Positions 26,345 through 41,233 of a stretch of 64,000 nucleotides of DNA are shown in pieces (positions within the stretch are counted from its first letter, which is position 1; each line of letters starts with the position of its first letter). The DNA comes from the human T2T-CHM13v2.0 reference genome, Homo sapiens: NCBI RefSeq assembly GCF_009914755.1, contig NC_060941.1; one strand, given 5' to 3'. A model generated the notes under the pieces. That model was not told the DNA's origin. It searched no databases and saw nothing but the letters and a program-made list of their open reading frames with translations. A program made the position numbers and the translations under genes.

Positions 26345-26830
26345 GTCATCAAATTTTTGTGCACATTGGAATCACCAGGGGATCTTTTAAAAAGTACTGA
26401 TGTAGCTGGGTGCTGTGCCTATAATCCCAGGGCTTTGGGAGGTAGAGGCGGGAGGATCGCTTGAGCTCAGGAGTTCAAGATCAGCCTGGGTAACATAGTG
26501 AGACTCCGTCTCTACAAAAAATAAAAAAATAAAAAAAAAAAACATTAGCCAGGCATGGTGGTGTGCACCCATACTTTTAGCTACTTGGGAGGATAAGGTG
26601 GGAGACTCGCTTGAGCCCAGGAGGTGGAGGTTGCAGTGAGCCAAGATCGCACCATTGAACTCCAGTCTGGGTGATAGAGCAAGACCTTGCCCCCAAAAAA
26701 AAGTACTGATGCCTGATTCTCATCCCCAGACATCTGATTAGTTGACATGAGTGCAATCTGGGCATTGTGTTGTTTAAAGGCACCCCACCCCCCGACCCCC
26801 GGTGATTTGAGAAGCATCAGGTTAGAAATC
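26345..26830. mobile_element. MER5A-like element split by an Alu (TSD AAAAAGTACTGATG) in TMIGD1 intron 2
   Basis: GCACATTGGAATCACCAGGGGATCTTTTAAAAAGTACTGATG [Alu] AAGTACTGATGCCTGATTCTCATCCCCAGA. A second MER5A-like copy lies at ~34060-34210. Confidence 0.65.
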
Positions 26831-27640
26831 AATACATACAGAATGATCATACACATATGTGTGTATGTGTGTATACATGGAAGTATTTTTTCATGGAAAA
26901 AAGACAGGAAAAAACCCATATATATTGAATACACACACACGCATGCATATATGTATATACATATACACATACCATATTTAATTTGTTTACTTGAAGGGAT
27001 TGAAAGTGGGAAAGCAAGGGAATGAAATGGAAAAATATTTAAGGTATAAACTTTAGGCAAAAAGGCAGAATATAAATTAAAGCTCTAATAATTACTACAA
27101 ATGTATCAAAATTGCACATGCAGATGAGTAAGAACTGATTTGAAAACATTTTCTGCTTAAATGATAGGATTATGGACAAATTGGGTCTTGCATCTATAAT
27201 GTTTTAATATTGTTTTGGCAGTGAAGAAAAATAAAAAGATGTTTAAGTAGTTGAGGTTTGTGTGGTAGACCAGTCTTTGTGGGTTGGGTGATCAGGATAC
27301 ATACCAGGTTTTTTTTGTTTTGTTTTGTTTTTCAGCTCTGACTTTTAGAAACCTATTCATTGCATAGTAATACACCTGAATTTCGGTTTTTATTTTTCTG
27401 ATTCAGAAGCAAGTAACAAAAGCTAAAAAAGAACTTTATCTGTCATAAACCTGTACCCCAGATAACATTTGTTAATATGTTCTGTAAACACATTAACCTT
27501 CCTTTTAAAACACTTAAGCTGGCCGGGCATGGTGGCTCATGCCTGTAATCCCACACTTTGGGAGGCTGAGGCGGACGGATCACCTGAGGTCAAAAGTTTG
27601 AGACCAGCCTGGCCAACATAGTGAAACCCTGTCTCTACTA

Positions 27641-27823
<183 letters not shown>

Positions 27824-28661
27824 CTACTTGTAAAGATAATGGTATTGTTGTCTAGTATTTTATTAAAATATGGAATATTGAGTGGTTGTCATCTCTGGAT
27901 GAAAGTATTTGGGGGGATTTGTACTTTTCTTTTTTTTTTTTATAGATTGCCTGATTTATTTTACAATGACTATGCATTACTTTTAAAATCAGAAAAGAGT
28001 GGTAGGAGAGCAAATGCTGGAAAGATTTTCATGTGAAATGGTATGTTCAGATAAACAGATGATTATTTGGGGTAACATTAGTAATAAAATGCATTAAAAT
28101 GTAGGAGGATTCTGGTGGTGGCTCTGGAGAGAATAGAATACTTCACCTTGTCTTGTAATAATAAAACCCTAAAAACAATATTTTTCCATTTGATTTTTTT
28201 TTTTTTTTTTTTGAGACGGAGTCTCGCCCTGTCGCCCAGGCTGGAGTACAGTGACGTAATCTCGGCTCACTCACTGCAAGCTCCACCTCCTGGGTTCACG
28301 CCATTCTCCTGCCTCAGCCACCCGAGTAGCTGGAACTACAGGCGCCTGCCAGCACACCAGGCTAATTTTTTGTATTTTTAGTAGAGATGGGGTTTCACCG
28401 TGTTAGCCAGGATGGTCTCGATCTCCTGACCTCATGATTCACCTGCCTCGGCCTCCCAAAGTGTTGGGATTACAGGCGTGAGCCACCCGCCTGGCCTCCA
28501 TTTGATTTTTTATTGTTAGTTGACTCCTGTACTGTGAGCCATGCTAACTGTGTAGTCATTCCAATTTGGAATTTAAGGATATATCCAATGCCCATTGATC
28601 ATTTTTCTTAATCGGAAATTTTTCTTTATCTAAAAAGAGGCCAAAAAGAACTTTAACTTAC

Positions 28662-28743
28662 TTGTCATCTCACGTGGCAGAAATAAAATTACTAAGAGAA
28701 GAAATCTTCCCATTTGCATTATGACACTGCTCTTCCATGCCAT
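28662..28743 (-). CDS. TMIGD1: TMIGD1 exon 2, coding part: start codon and signal peptide MAWKSSVIMQMGRFLLLVILFLPREMT
   Basis: ATG at 28743-28741 in strong Kozak context (AAG ATG G). Hydrophobic leader. Donor A|GTAAGT at 28661; 82 nt, phase 1. Acceptor TTTTTCCCTTAG/TAG near 28766-28771. Protein recognised as human TMIGD1. Confidence 0.96.
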
Positions 28744-29842
28744 CTTTAATGAGTTAAACTCAGATCTACTAAGGGAAAAATAGTGCAGTTGGTTTTGTAC
28801 TTTGGTCTGCAATGAGTTCGTGAACCTTCCTTCTGTCTATTATGCATTTAAAGTGAAGTCCCAGATGAATCATCCCAGCTATAACGGTACTACTTCTAGC
28901 TTTTAATTAAACAACCCTGTCTGACTAAGTTCAAAGTACATTTAGTAGTAAGAAATTTTTTTTAAAAGCAACATAAAACCACAGGAAATAGGCTATGACA
29001 GATAGAGCAGCGTCAGGGTGCCCTGGGGAAGATGAAACCAGTCTTCCCTAGAGAAACTGATAGAATTTCATTTTAGCAGAATGAAACTTGTCTCATTCTC
29101 AGACAGTCCCTACTGAACAAAGTAATTCTTGTTCTGAAAGTTTTTCTTGGGTCATTTTTGTAAAGATGTTCTCTGATAATAGAGAGTTTTTGAGACTACT
29201 CCAAATCCCATAGATTCAAATGGTGTGTACGTAGAAAAGCCTCAATTGAAACATGGCCTCTAGTTTAAACCATGTTAATCTTGTCTTTCTCCCACTATTC
29301 TCTCTCTCTCTTCCCCTTGACCCAATGGACTAAAAATAATAAATAATAAAGGTGTCCTTTCTCCCTTCTTGCTTTTGCTTCAACTCTCCCTCTCCCTAAG
29401 ATATTCTCCATTTCCATCTGGGAAAAAAACATATATTCATTACTTCCTTTCAAGAGTACTACTATAAATATAGCGAACCACATACGGAAAACTTTCTGTG
29501 CAACAGGGACTGTGCTAAACACTTCACATACATCATTTCAGTCACAATTAAGCCTCCTAACAACCCTCCTGAGGTCGTTTCTATAGATTTAAAGAGACTA
29601 TGTAATTTGCCTGAGATCCCACAGACAGTAAATGTCAAGGTCGGGATTTGAACCCAGACTCCCAAGACCATGCTCTTAACCACCCTACTCTCAACCACCC
29701 TACTACCCAATCTACTGCCTAGATTAATATTCTTTTCCTTTAAGAAGCTGCTGTTAGGCTGGGTGCAGTGGCTCATGCCTGTAATCCCAGCACTTTAGGA
29801 GCTGAGGCAGGTGGATTACCTGAGGTCAGGAGTTTGAGACTA

Positions 29843-30151
<309 letters not shown>

Positions 30152-30609
30152 TTACAAGAGCTGAAATATACCTATACCTACTCTACTCCTCCCCTGTCCC
30201 AGGCGTGCCCTGACAGGAGTAAGTTTCATTCATGCCAGGCTCACCCTTTCTGGCAGACAAGCCTGCATCAATCTTTTCGTAAGATGCAATTACTACTAAT
30301 ATTGATTCTTTTGTAATTTTAAATATTTGCCAAAAAGATTTCTATCACAGTGTTGTAACAGTGATTACTGCAGAATGTGGTCAATAGTAGAGTTTTCTCA
30401 AGCGCTCTGCACTACAAGTACTCAATAAAAACTGAGAGTGCAGGCTTCTTGCCAGACCTCACCCAGCCCTATTAAGGGGACAAATCTATGTCTTCTCTTT
30501 CCCTCCACTCCACCGAGACAGCAACTTTTCAAAATGTATTCCCCTCACTTGGCTTGTTTTTAATCTGTATGACTCTCTACTTTCTATATAAGACAGTCTT
30601 ACCACTTAC

Positions 30610-30665
30610 CTCTTGAGCTCTGAGAAGCTGACTTCCTTGGCCAACTGTTCCTCTGCCTGAAAACC
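30610..30665 (-). other. TMIGD1: TMIGD1 non-coding exon 1 (5' UTR), TSS approximate
   Basis: Consensus donor GAG|GTAAGT at 30609, TATAAA about 25-30 nt above the inferred start, and no upstream ATG. The ~17.7 kb gene span fits my recollection of the locus. Confidence 0.7.
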
Positions 30666-30690
30666 CTAAATGCTTTCCCTGTTACAATCC

Positions 30691-30776
30691 TTTATAATAC
30701 TTGAATTTGAACGCTTTATGACAGCAGGGTCAAATAAATAAGATAACTTGGGTTCAAAGTCTGTTTTTCTTTATGG
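30691..30776 (-). promoter_or_regulatory. TMIGD1 core/proximal promoter with TATA box and epithelial TF motifs
   Basis: TATAAA at 30696-30691 (minus). CDX-type GTCATAAA 30722-30715 and CCATAAA 30776-30770. Forkhead-like AAATAAATA ~30732-30740. GATA AGATAA 30741-30746. HNF4 DR1 GGTTCA-A-AGTCTG 30751-30763. Not a CpG island. Confidence 0.65.
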
Positions 30777-31960
30777 AGTCTTAGAGAAGATAGTAATTGG
30801 GAAAGACATCTTCTTAAGATCTAAGTTTCTATGTCTACCTCGGTTACTAGGTGGGGCCGGATATTACTAACAGGGATGTGTTGTTCCAAGAAAGCTTGAA
30901 CTTGTGCAAAAATCTGTAGCGCATCTCACTGAATATTGTCATATTTAAGTAAGATGGCTGCGTTTTGATCATCTAGCCTGGGGATTGTGAAGGGACGAGT
31001 CCAAAGAGAAGTTTGACTTTAACAGAGGTCAAAACATTGGAAGATTCTACACAACTTAAATAATGCTGGAAAAGTCTTAGTTACCACTAGTAACCCAAGC
31101 CCAGTGCATAAGCTGTACCAAGCCAGGCATGGCAGGGAGCCGTTTTTTTGTTGTTGTTGTTTGTTTTGTTTTTTGAGGCAGGGTTTCACTCTGTCACCCA
31201 GATTGGAATGCAATGGCACAATTGTGGCTGACTGAACCTCTGCTCCCAGCCTCCCAAGGAGCTAGGACTACTGGCGTGAGTCACCATGCCCAGCTAAACT
31301 TTGTTAATATATATATTTTTGGTAGAGATGAAATTTCGCCATGTTTCCTAGGCTGGTCTCGAACTCCCGGCCTTAAGCAATCTGCCCACCTTGGCCTAGG
31401 GAACAGTTTTATCCTCTTGAGGCTCTCACCTGATTGGGAGATCCTTGCATTACACTATGTTTATGGTATTGTTAACGATGCAAATTTTATCTGCCAAGTA
31501 CTATTGTTCCCATTTACACAAAAATATAACAGAAGAATATTTATAGTTATCTACACATTTTAACACACTGCTGAAGCACACCAGCAATCTGCCTCTTACT
31601 AGCTATGTAACTTTGAAAAGTTATTTAACCTCCATGAGCCTCAGGATCTTCATCAATACAATGGAAATAGTAATAGTACCCTCCCTACGGAGTCACTGTG
31701 AGGATTAAATGAAATGAAGCATGTGAATCTGCCGCACAGTAAGCTCTTGGTAAACAGTAGCTCTTATTACTATTATTATTAATATAGGCTGAGCAGGGCA
31801 TCCTAAATCAACACAACCTCACTATAGCATTGTTCAAGCAAAAATCAGAGCTAAGAGCAGCTCCTGTTGGCTGGGTTGCAAGCACCACCCAAACAGGTTT
31901 TGAGTTTGCCTCTCCAGGGATCCAAGATTGTCATTTTAAAATGAATTTAGCAATGGAGTG

Positions 31961-32720
<760 letters not shown>

Positions 32721-34912
32721 AATTGGATATTAGGTGATATTAGGAAATAATGATTAATTATTATTAGTTGTGATCATGGTATTGCAGTTATGTAGAGAAT
32801 GTTCTAATTCTCAAGGGATGCCTGCTGAAATATTTATGGGTCAAGTGTCATGATAATTGCAACTACCTTTCAAATGATTCAGCAAGAAAAGTAAACACAT
32901 AAACACACAGCAAATATAGCAAATGTTAACATTTATTCAACTAAATAGGGGTCTATAGATCTTCATTGTACTATTGTTTCAACTTTTCTGTATGACATTT
33001 TTGTCATCAGAATGTTGGGGAAATGTATTCAGCAGATATTTATTGAGTATCTACCATGTGCTAAGTATTCTAAGTATTGAGGATGCCAGTTGCAGCCAAG
33101 CCAATATGGTGGCTTTGTCATGAATTAGGGAAAATATGGCTTCTCTAGTCACTCTACTGCCATCTGTGGAAAATTGTTATAATAACTCTACAAAGCTATG
33201 ATGTCTATAAGATGAATGATGCTTCCAGCTTAATGCTTCCACCACTTAATGCTTCCATAACATTAAGTGGTGATACATAGATGAATAAAACAAGCTCTGC
33301 GCTTTTGAAGGTCTTACATCGTAGAGCAGAACGTTAATGATGATCAGGAGCCATGCAGAGTGGCCTCAGGTGCTGAGCAGGGACTTCAGATAAGAAAAAT
33401 GGTATAATGGCGCCCCTGCTGGAGAGTCAAAGAATTTTGTCATATGACTCGTGCAAGGTCATATAAATCCCTGGAACAGTCCTCTTTCCTAGAACTGACA
33501 GAGGGGAGAAATCATTTTTCTGTAAGTAGTTAAGCCCAGTAGTTAACCATTAAGCCTAAGTAGTTTGGCTGTTTGGAGTATTTACAGAGTCCAATACTCC
33601 ACAGCTTCCACAGTGGCTTAGACCAAGAGGGAGAGAGGAAAAAGCAGCCTCGAGTCTGAACATTCCTGGGAATAAAGACCAATCTGGCAGGGTGCAGTGG
33701 CTCATGCCTCTAATCTCAACACTTTGAAAGCTGAGGCGGGTGGATTGCTTGAGCCCAGGAGTTCGAGATCAGCCTGGGCAGCATGACGAAACTTCATCTC
33801 TACAAAAAATACAAAAAAAAAATTACAAAAATTAGCCAGGCATAGTGGCATGTAGTCCCAGCTACTTGGGAGGCTGAGGTGGGAAGATGGATTGAGCCCA
33901 GGAGGTTAAGGCTGCAGTGAGCGTGATCGCACCACTGCAGTCCAGCCTGGGTGAAAGAGCAAGACCCTGTCTCAAAAAAATAAAAAATTAAAAAAAGACA
34001 ATCTGCTTCCCATTCCTAAGGCCCAGGTACTTCTAGAAGGGTAACAGACAAGGGAGTCCATGACTTTCTGATTAAGGCAAGTATTAGAATCACCTGGGGG
34101 AGGTTCCAGTACCTTTCCTTCCTCAGTCCTGATAAGACTTAGAAATTTCATCTTTAACAAGCCTTCCAAGGGACTCTACACAATGGTTTGTGAATCTCCT
34201 TTTGAGAACCATGGAGTCAAATTCAAGGTGCAAATTGGGTGCTCTGCCCTGGAAGGGGATGCGTGCACAGGGCTGCCTTATGGGAGGCTGGCTGGGTGGG
34301 TACACAGGCCTCACAGTACTTTCTCTGGTATGGGAATGAAGAACAGGAGAGAGAAACAACCAACCAGAATGTGGGAAAGGCCTGCAGGGCAGGGCAGTGA
34401 TCACTGAGCACTGCCATCCCACAGCCTTTGAGCTGTGACCAAACTTGGTATGACAGAGACAGCAACTCAGGAAATGGCTAGAGGGCCCCAGGGCCAGCAG
34501 GGTCATCTGGCCAGGTCACTGGGAATGCCACTGATAGTTTTAAAGTGACAGAAAAACTAGAAATTTGGCAGGCATAGCCTAGCAATGATAGAGTGGTTCT
34601 TTTTCTCTTTTTTTTTTTTTTGAGATGGAGTTTCGCTCTGTTGCCCAGGCTGAAGTGCAGTGGTGTGATCTCGGCTCACTGCAACCTCTGCCTCCTGGGT
34701 TCAAACCATTCTCTACCTCAGCCTCCCAAGTAGCTGGGATTACAGACGCCCACCACCACGCCTGGCTAATTTTTGTATTTTTAGTAGAGATGGGGTTTCA
34801 CCACCTTGGCCAGGCTGGTCTTGAGCTCCTGACCTTGTGATCCACCCGCCTCCCAAAGTGCTGGGATTACAGGCATGAGCCACTGCACCTGGCCAATAGA
34901 GTGGTTCTTTAG

Positions 34913-35261
<349 letters not shown>

Positions 35262-35544
35262 TAACTGGGATTACAGGTGTGCACCACCATGCCCAGCTAA
35301 TTTTTGTATTTTTGGTAGAGACAAGGTTTCTCCAGCCCAGGCTGGTCTTGAACTCCTGATCTCAAGTGATCCTCCCTCCTCAGCCTCCCAAATTACTAGG
35401 CTCACAAGTGTGAGCCACCGCACCTGGCCTGGTCGTAGCTTAAACGACAATCAGTGATTCTCCAACCTCTCATTCCCCTTTATTAGGATTCCTCCATCAC
35501 CAGAAATCTTAAACCTTAAAGCAATACCTGAAGGGCTATCTGAA

Positions 35545-35764
35545 TAGGGTTGCCAGATTTAACAAATAAAAATACGGGGCACTCAGGTGAATTTGAATTT
35601 CTAGTAAATAACTAACAAATATCTTTTTAGTGTAAGTATGTCCTAGGTAACTACTATGTGCTAATTCATCACAAGCAAATATTTTAAGACTCATTTGTTA
35701 AAACATCATTGTTTCTCTGGAATTCAAATTTAACAAGGCATCCTGTCTTTTATCTGGCAGTTCT
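35545..35764. mobile_element. MER53 palindromic hAT MITE
   Basis: TAGGGTTGCCAGATTTAACAAATAAAAATAC... and the inverted end ...AATTCAAATTTAAC...TTTTATCTGGCA. Confidence 0.8.
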
Positions 35765-36000
35765 CCATCTGTCTTCTCCCTTTTTTAGTACATGAAGAAA
35801 TGAGGTTCAGGGAAGTAAAGGGACTTGTCCAAAGTAACACAGCTATTTAGTGGCAGAGCATGGATTGGAATTCTTTCAAGACGCTTGGCTGCCACATGGC
35901 ATCTTTTTCCAAGTGTCTAACTTCAGAATTTTAAAATTTGGCTTCTTGAACTACTATGGATGAGCTTTAGAGTGTCAATGAAACCGCTGAAATTGTAGGC

Positions 36001-36005
<5 letters not shown>

Positions 36006-36057
<52 letters not shown>
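36006..36057. repeat. (TG)26 microsatellite
   Basis: Read directly; Z-DNA-prone. Confidence 0.95.
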
Positions 36058-36058
<1 letters not shown>

Positions 36059-36237
36059 ATATGTGTATTTTTCTGGGGAGATGGTCTCCCATCTTAGCCT
36101 GAGTGGACTAAGACATCATCCTATGCTCTGCAACCTACCTATATCAAAAACAAAAACTCCTCTGAGCTACCCTATATCCTCCTTTCTTCTTTGCCCTCCA
36201 TGAATTTTTCATTTGAAGGGAGGAGTCGGAGAACTAA

Positions 36238-36588
<351 letters not shown>

Positions 36589-37964
36589 TAGCCCTTTACA
36601 CATGTTCTACCATTCAACCCTCACATCCACCTAGAAAGTGCCTATGATGATCCCCATTTTACAGGTGAGGAAACCAAGGTGTAGCCAGCTCTCAGGGTTA
36701 AGATGATAAAACTAATAAAAGAGTAACCCAAGTGAAAATGCTCCCACAACCAATGCCCTTTCCCCCAAAGCTTCCTGCCTCCAGACTGACAGCAAGCAAG
36801 AAACTATCTGTCGGTGTTTAATTCCTCCGCTTCCTCCACCTATTGGGACTGACCCAGAGTTGACAGCGGAAACACCTACACAATAATAGGTAAAAGGTAG
36901 CAGAGATGTGACTTTTGCAGTTGACCACTAGAGGTCCCTTTTCATACACAGTGATTTTGAAGTTAGCCTGCTAGGGGTTAGACAAGATATTTCCTTGGAG
37001 CAGGTCTCTGTCTGTTACAGACTTCACTGGTCTATCTCATACCAGGCAGTCCGGGAGTGGCCGTGTGACACAGCAGGAGCAATACAGAATAAAATGGCTC
37101 CCTCAGAAGAAGGCGGGTGATGTCCTCCAGGATCAGTCTTGAAGACAGGGTTTTCAAGTGGGAACACAGCAGGGTTCTAAAGCTTCCTCCTCATCTAAAA
37201 GGAAAAACACACAGGACATTCCACCACCCACCGTCATCAGGCAAACATCCAATTTCCTTTGGAGTGTAGTCTGGCTCCAGGGGCATATTTACTGGAAGCT
37301 AATGAAGCTTCGGCTTCAGGGACCCTCATTTGCATAGGCCTGTTCTAAAGGCCCTGACCTTAGTCACTTTATATTTGTAGTTTTGTATTTTTTTTTCCTT
37401 AAAGGAATTCCCCACCACCACCACCACCACCATCAACTGTAAAAACATCAGGCCGCATAGGGCTTGGATCTAGTCCTCTCTGGCTCTAGTTTACAGGATT
37501 TCAGAGAAGAGAAAAGAGAATGGGGAGAGTTTCAAAGGGAAGCCCCCCTCGAAACTAATAAGAGGGGATTTCCTGTGGGATGAGAAAAAGCTCCGTACGT
37601 GGGCCAAAGAACAAGGTAGTCACTTGATCTCCAAAGAGCTGGAATTGTGGGGGCACCAGACGTGAAGGAGCCCCCTCTTCTTGCCTGCTGGGAGCTTTCC
37701 TGAGCCAGCAGGAATTTGCCAAATCTTTAGAAGCAGGGTGGTTCACTGACAGCTCTGTAGCATCCTGTTCACTGCTTTCTGAATAAACAAATGGTCTTGC
37801 CAACAATTGTGTAGATTTTGAGGGGGGAAACCACACTATAGTTCCCGAATTTTTTTTTTTTTTTTTTTGAGACAGAGTCTGCTTTGAAGTGCAGTGGTGT
37901 GATCTTGGCTCACTGCAGCCTCCACCTCCCAGGTTCAAGGGATTCTTGTGCCTCAGCCTCCTGA

Positions 37965-38192
<228 letters not shown>

Positions 38193-38343
38193 TAACCAAG
38201 GTGGAAATAACAATTCTGTTTGGGAGATATGAATGGATTCTGGAATAAAAGCAAAAGCAATATCCACACCTTTAGAAGCAGATGCATGGAAGGAGCTGGG
38301 AGGTTTTCCATTTCTGAAAGAGGGCAGTGCTGGAAACTTGCAA

Positions 38344-38542
38344 CCAGCAGTCTTCTGGAACTGGCTTGCATCGACTGGTGGGAGCTGACTCTGTGTCTCT
38401 TCCCAGCTCTGCACTCAGTGACTTCAACTTGATAGCTTGAAATCAGCCACAGTGGGAGTATTTACACCATTGAAATTGGCAATTGGTAAAAATCAGGGCT
38501 CTCCGCACTGCTGGTTGTTAACCCTTTACTAGCACATCATTG
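38344..38542 (+). mobile_element. MER63A-like hAT element
   Basis: Contains AGCTTGAAATCAGCCACAGTGGGAGTATTTACACCA...GGTTGTTAACCCTTTACTAGCACATCATTG. Confidence 0.65.
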
Positions 38543-39177
38543 CCTGAACCTCACCGCTAACATACACACACACACACATGCACACACACACACGCACACA
38601 GCACAGAACCTGCAAGCACTCCTCCTGCATATTTATGTGTATGCATAAACACAAAAAGAATCACATATGTACACTTTCCCTTTATAGCCAGCTTGGATCT
38701 CCCTGCTCTGTCGTGCTGACAGCTTTAGTGTTTTCCTACTATTTACATCCTGATCTCAGACAGTGATCTCTCTCTTTCTTGAATTCATAATTGTTCTTTC
38801 CCTTACATCATGAGACCCTCAGTGTTTCAGGGATGAAGTACCTAATTGTGAAACCTTCTGAGGCAATAAGAGTCAGGCCAGCAGATTACCCTATATATCC
38901 CCAAGTGAACAGCAAAGACAATAATACAACAATTGAATGGTCTCCTCCAAATGGAAACCATGTTAAGATGTGGCCAGTGTTCTCTCAAGAAGTTCAAAGG
39001 CCTCCCTGAGTTCTCACCAACCTACACCTGTTCCTCTGGCATATGGAGAAACTTGAGATGAGCATCTTTGTGTCAGATGGACAGAAACAGGTCCCAAAAA
39101 GTCATGTGACTTGCTGAGGCCAGACCCAACAATGGATGTCACTTCTCAGCCTGAAAACCTTGAGCTGCAAAATATGA

Positions 39178-39456
<279 letters not shown>

Positions 39457-41133
39457 TAACTCCTGACCTCAAGCGATTCTCCTGCCTTGGCCTCCCAAAG
39501 TGCCTGGATTACAAGTGTGAGCCACTGCGCCCAGCCTATGAATAGTCTTTGAGCGAGAGATTATTATCCCCAATTTCCAGGGGAAAGAACTAAAGCCAAG
39601 GGAATTTCCATAATCTATTTAAGGATATACAGCTAGTAGGTAGTAGAATATCTTGTTAATAATTTAAATCAAATTAAAAAAATCAAATAGAATAACAGGG
39701 CTTGTTGGGAAAAACAATTCTTTGCCCTGTTTCTCTCTCCCTCTTCCTTCCCCTAAGTTTGCTCCCCAAGACAATTATTTTAAGACTTTTAACTAGTTCT
39801 TCTGTTAGTCACCTTAATACTGTTATATTTCACTAATCAGCTTATTACTAGAATAAGGAGTGCAGCAACTTTGTTTTGTTTATTTTATGGCTATATCCTC
39901 AATGTCTAGAACAGTGCTTGGCACATCATAAATATTTGTTTTTAAAGAAAACTCATCATTTCTTTTTTTCTTTTTTTGAGACAGAGTCTCGCTCTGTCAC
40001 CCAGGCTGGAGTACAGTGGCGCAATCTTGACTCACTGCAATGTCTGCCTTCCAGGTTGAGTGTTTCTCATGCCTCAGCCTCCCAAGTACCTGGGATTACA
40101 GGTGCATGCCACCACACCCAACTACTTTTTTATATTTTTAGTAGAGATGTGGTTTTGCCATGTTGGCCAGGCTGGTCTCAAACTCCTGGCTCCAAGTGAT
40201 CTGCCCACCTCAGCCTCCCAAAGTACTGGGATTACAGGCATGAGCCACCGTGCCCTGCCTGTATACCATCACTTATTGATTTATTAATTGAACTCCTGCT
40301 ATGAAAGATGAGGATCTAGTACCCTAACATTTTCCTTTTACCTCCCCAACTGCTTTCCATTAAGGTTTTATCAGTATTTTAAATTCCTCAGCTACACCTT
40401 TGTAACTATAAGTAACACACATACACCTTTGTTTTCTGTTCCACAACTACAGATATCTTTGGACTTCAGTGTGCAAGTCTTGACTTCATTACAGGGATGT
40501 CTAACTTGAGGGTCCACGACCTTCCACTCCATACTGATCCTCCCACACTGACCATTTCTGGGCCAGTGGGTGCCCTTCTGCCTAATATTGGGAAATACGG
40601 ATTTTGAACTAGAAGCATTCTTGGGCCTGCATCTACTAAAGGAAATTAGACTGAAGTTAATGGAGCGAGTCCTAGCTAGTGTGACAAATTAAAGCTAAAT
40701 TTAGTTCAGAAGCGTTTGAAAAAATATCCACAGTCCAGATTTTTTGCTGACAATTTCTTGTTCTCTAAGGTGAATTCCTGCCCTTTCCACAAGGCAGGGA
40801 ATATATTTTACAATAGGAATACTTTGGGTCTAAGAAATTGGTGGATACCCTTGGTTCTCCACTGCTATAATTGGCTCAAAATACCTTGGAAATGCCCCTA
40901 TGGGTGCCCTGAGGCAAGTGATTTTCTTGGCATGCTATGAAAAGGAGAGTGGGAGCTGAGCACAGCCCTGGTGTAAGCCTGGGTATGGGTTTCACTAGAT
41001 AAAGTCACTGACACCACGGAGCAGAGGCAGTGAAAGAAAACAGTCATGGCCTTTGTTTTCCCAGGGCCTCTGGCTGGCATTGCACACACAACGCAAACAC
41101 TGTCCACGTTGGTGCTTTATACAGATTTTTTTT

Positions 41134-41233
41134 AAGGCCAGTCAAGTGAATCAATGGGAATAGGGAAGGAACAAAGAAATCTGTAACTGGTAGTGATCGA
41201 TTCGTTGTAAACACCACTGCACTTGCACCAGCC
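41134..41233 (-). pseudogene. Y3 RNA (RNY3-derived) retropseudogene
   Basis: Minus strand reads GGCTGGTGCAAGTGCAGTGGTGTTTACAACGAATCGATCACTACCAGTTACAGATTTCTTTGTTCC...CACTTGACTGGCCTT, a full-length match to hY3 with scattered substitutions. Short A tail; flanking duplication TATA(C/T)AGATTTTTTT at 41118 and 41234. Confidence 0.93.
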
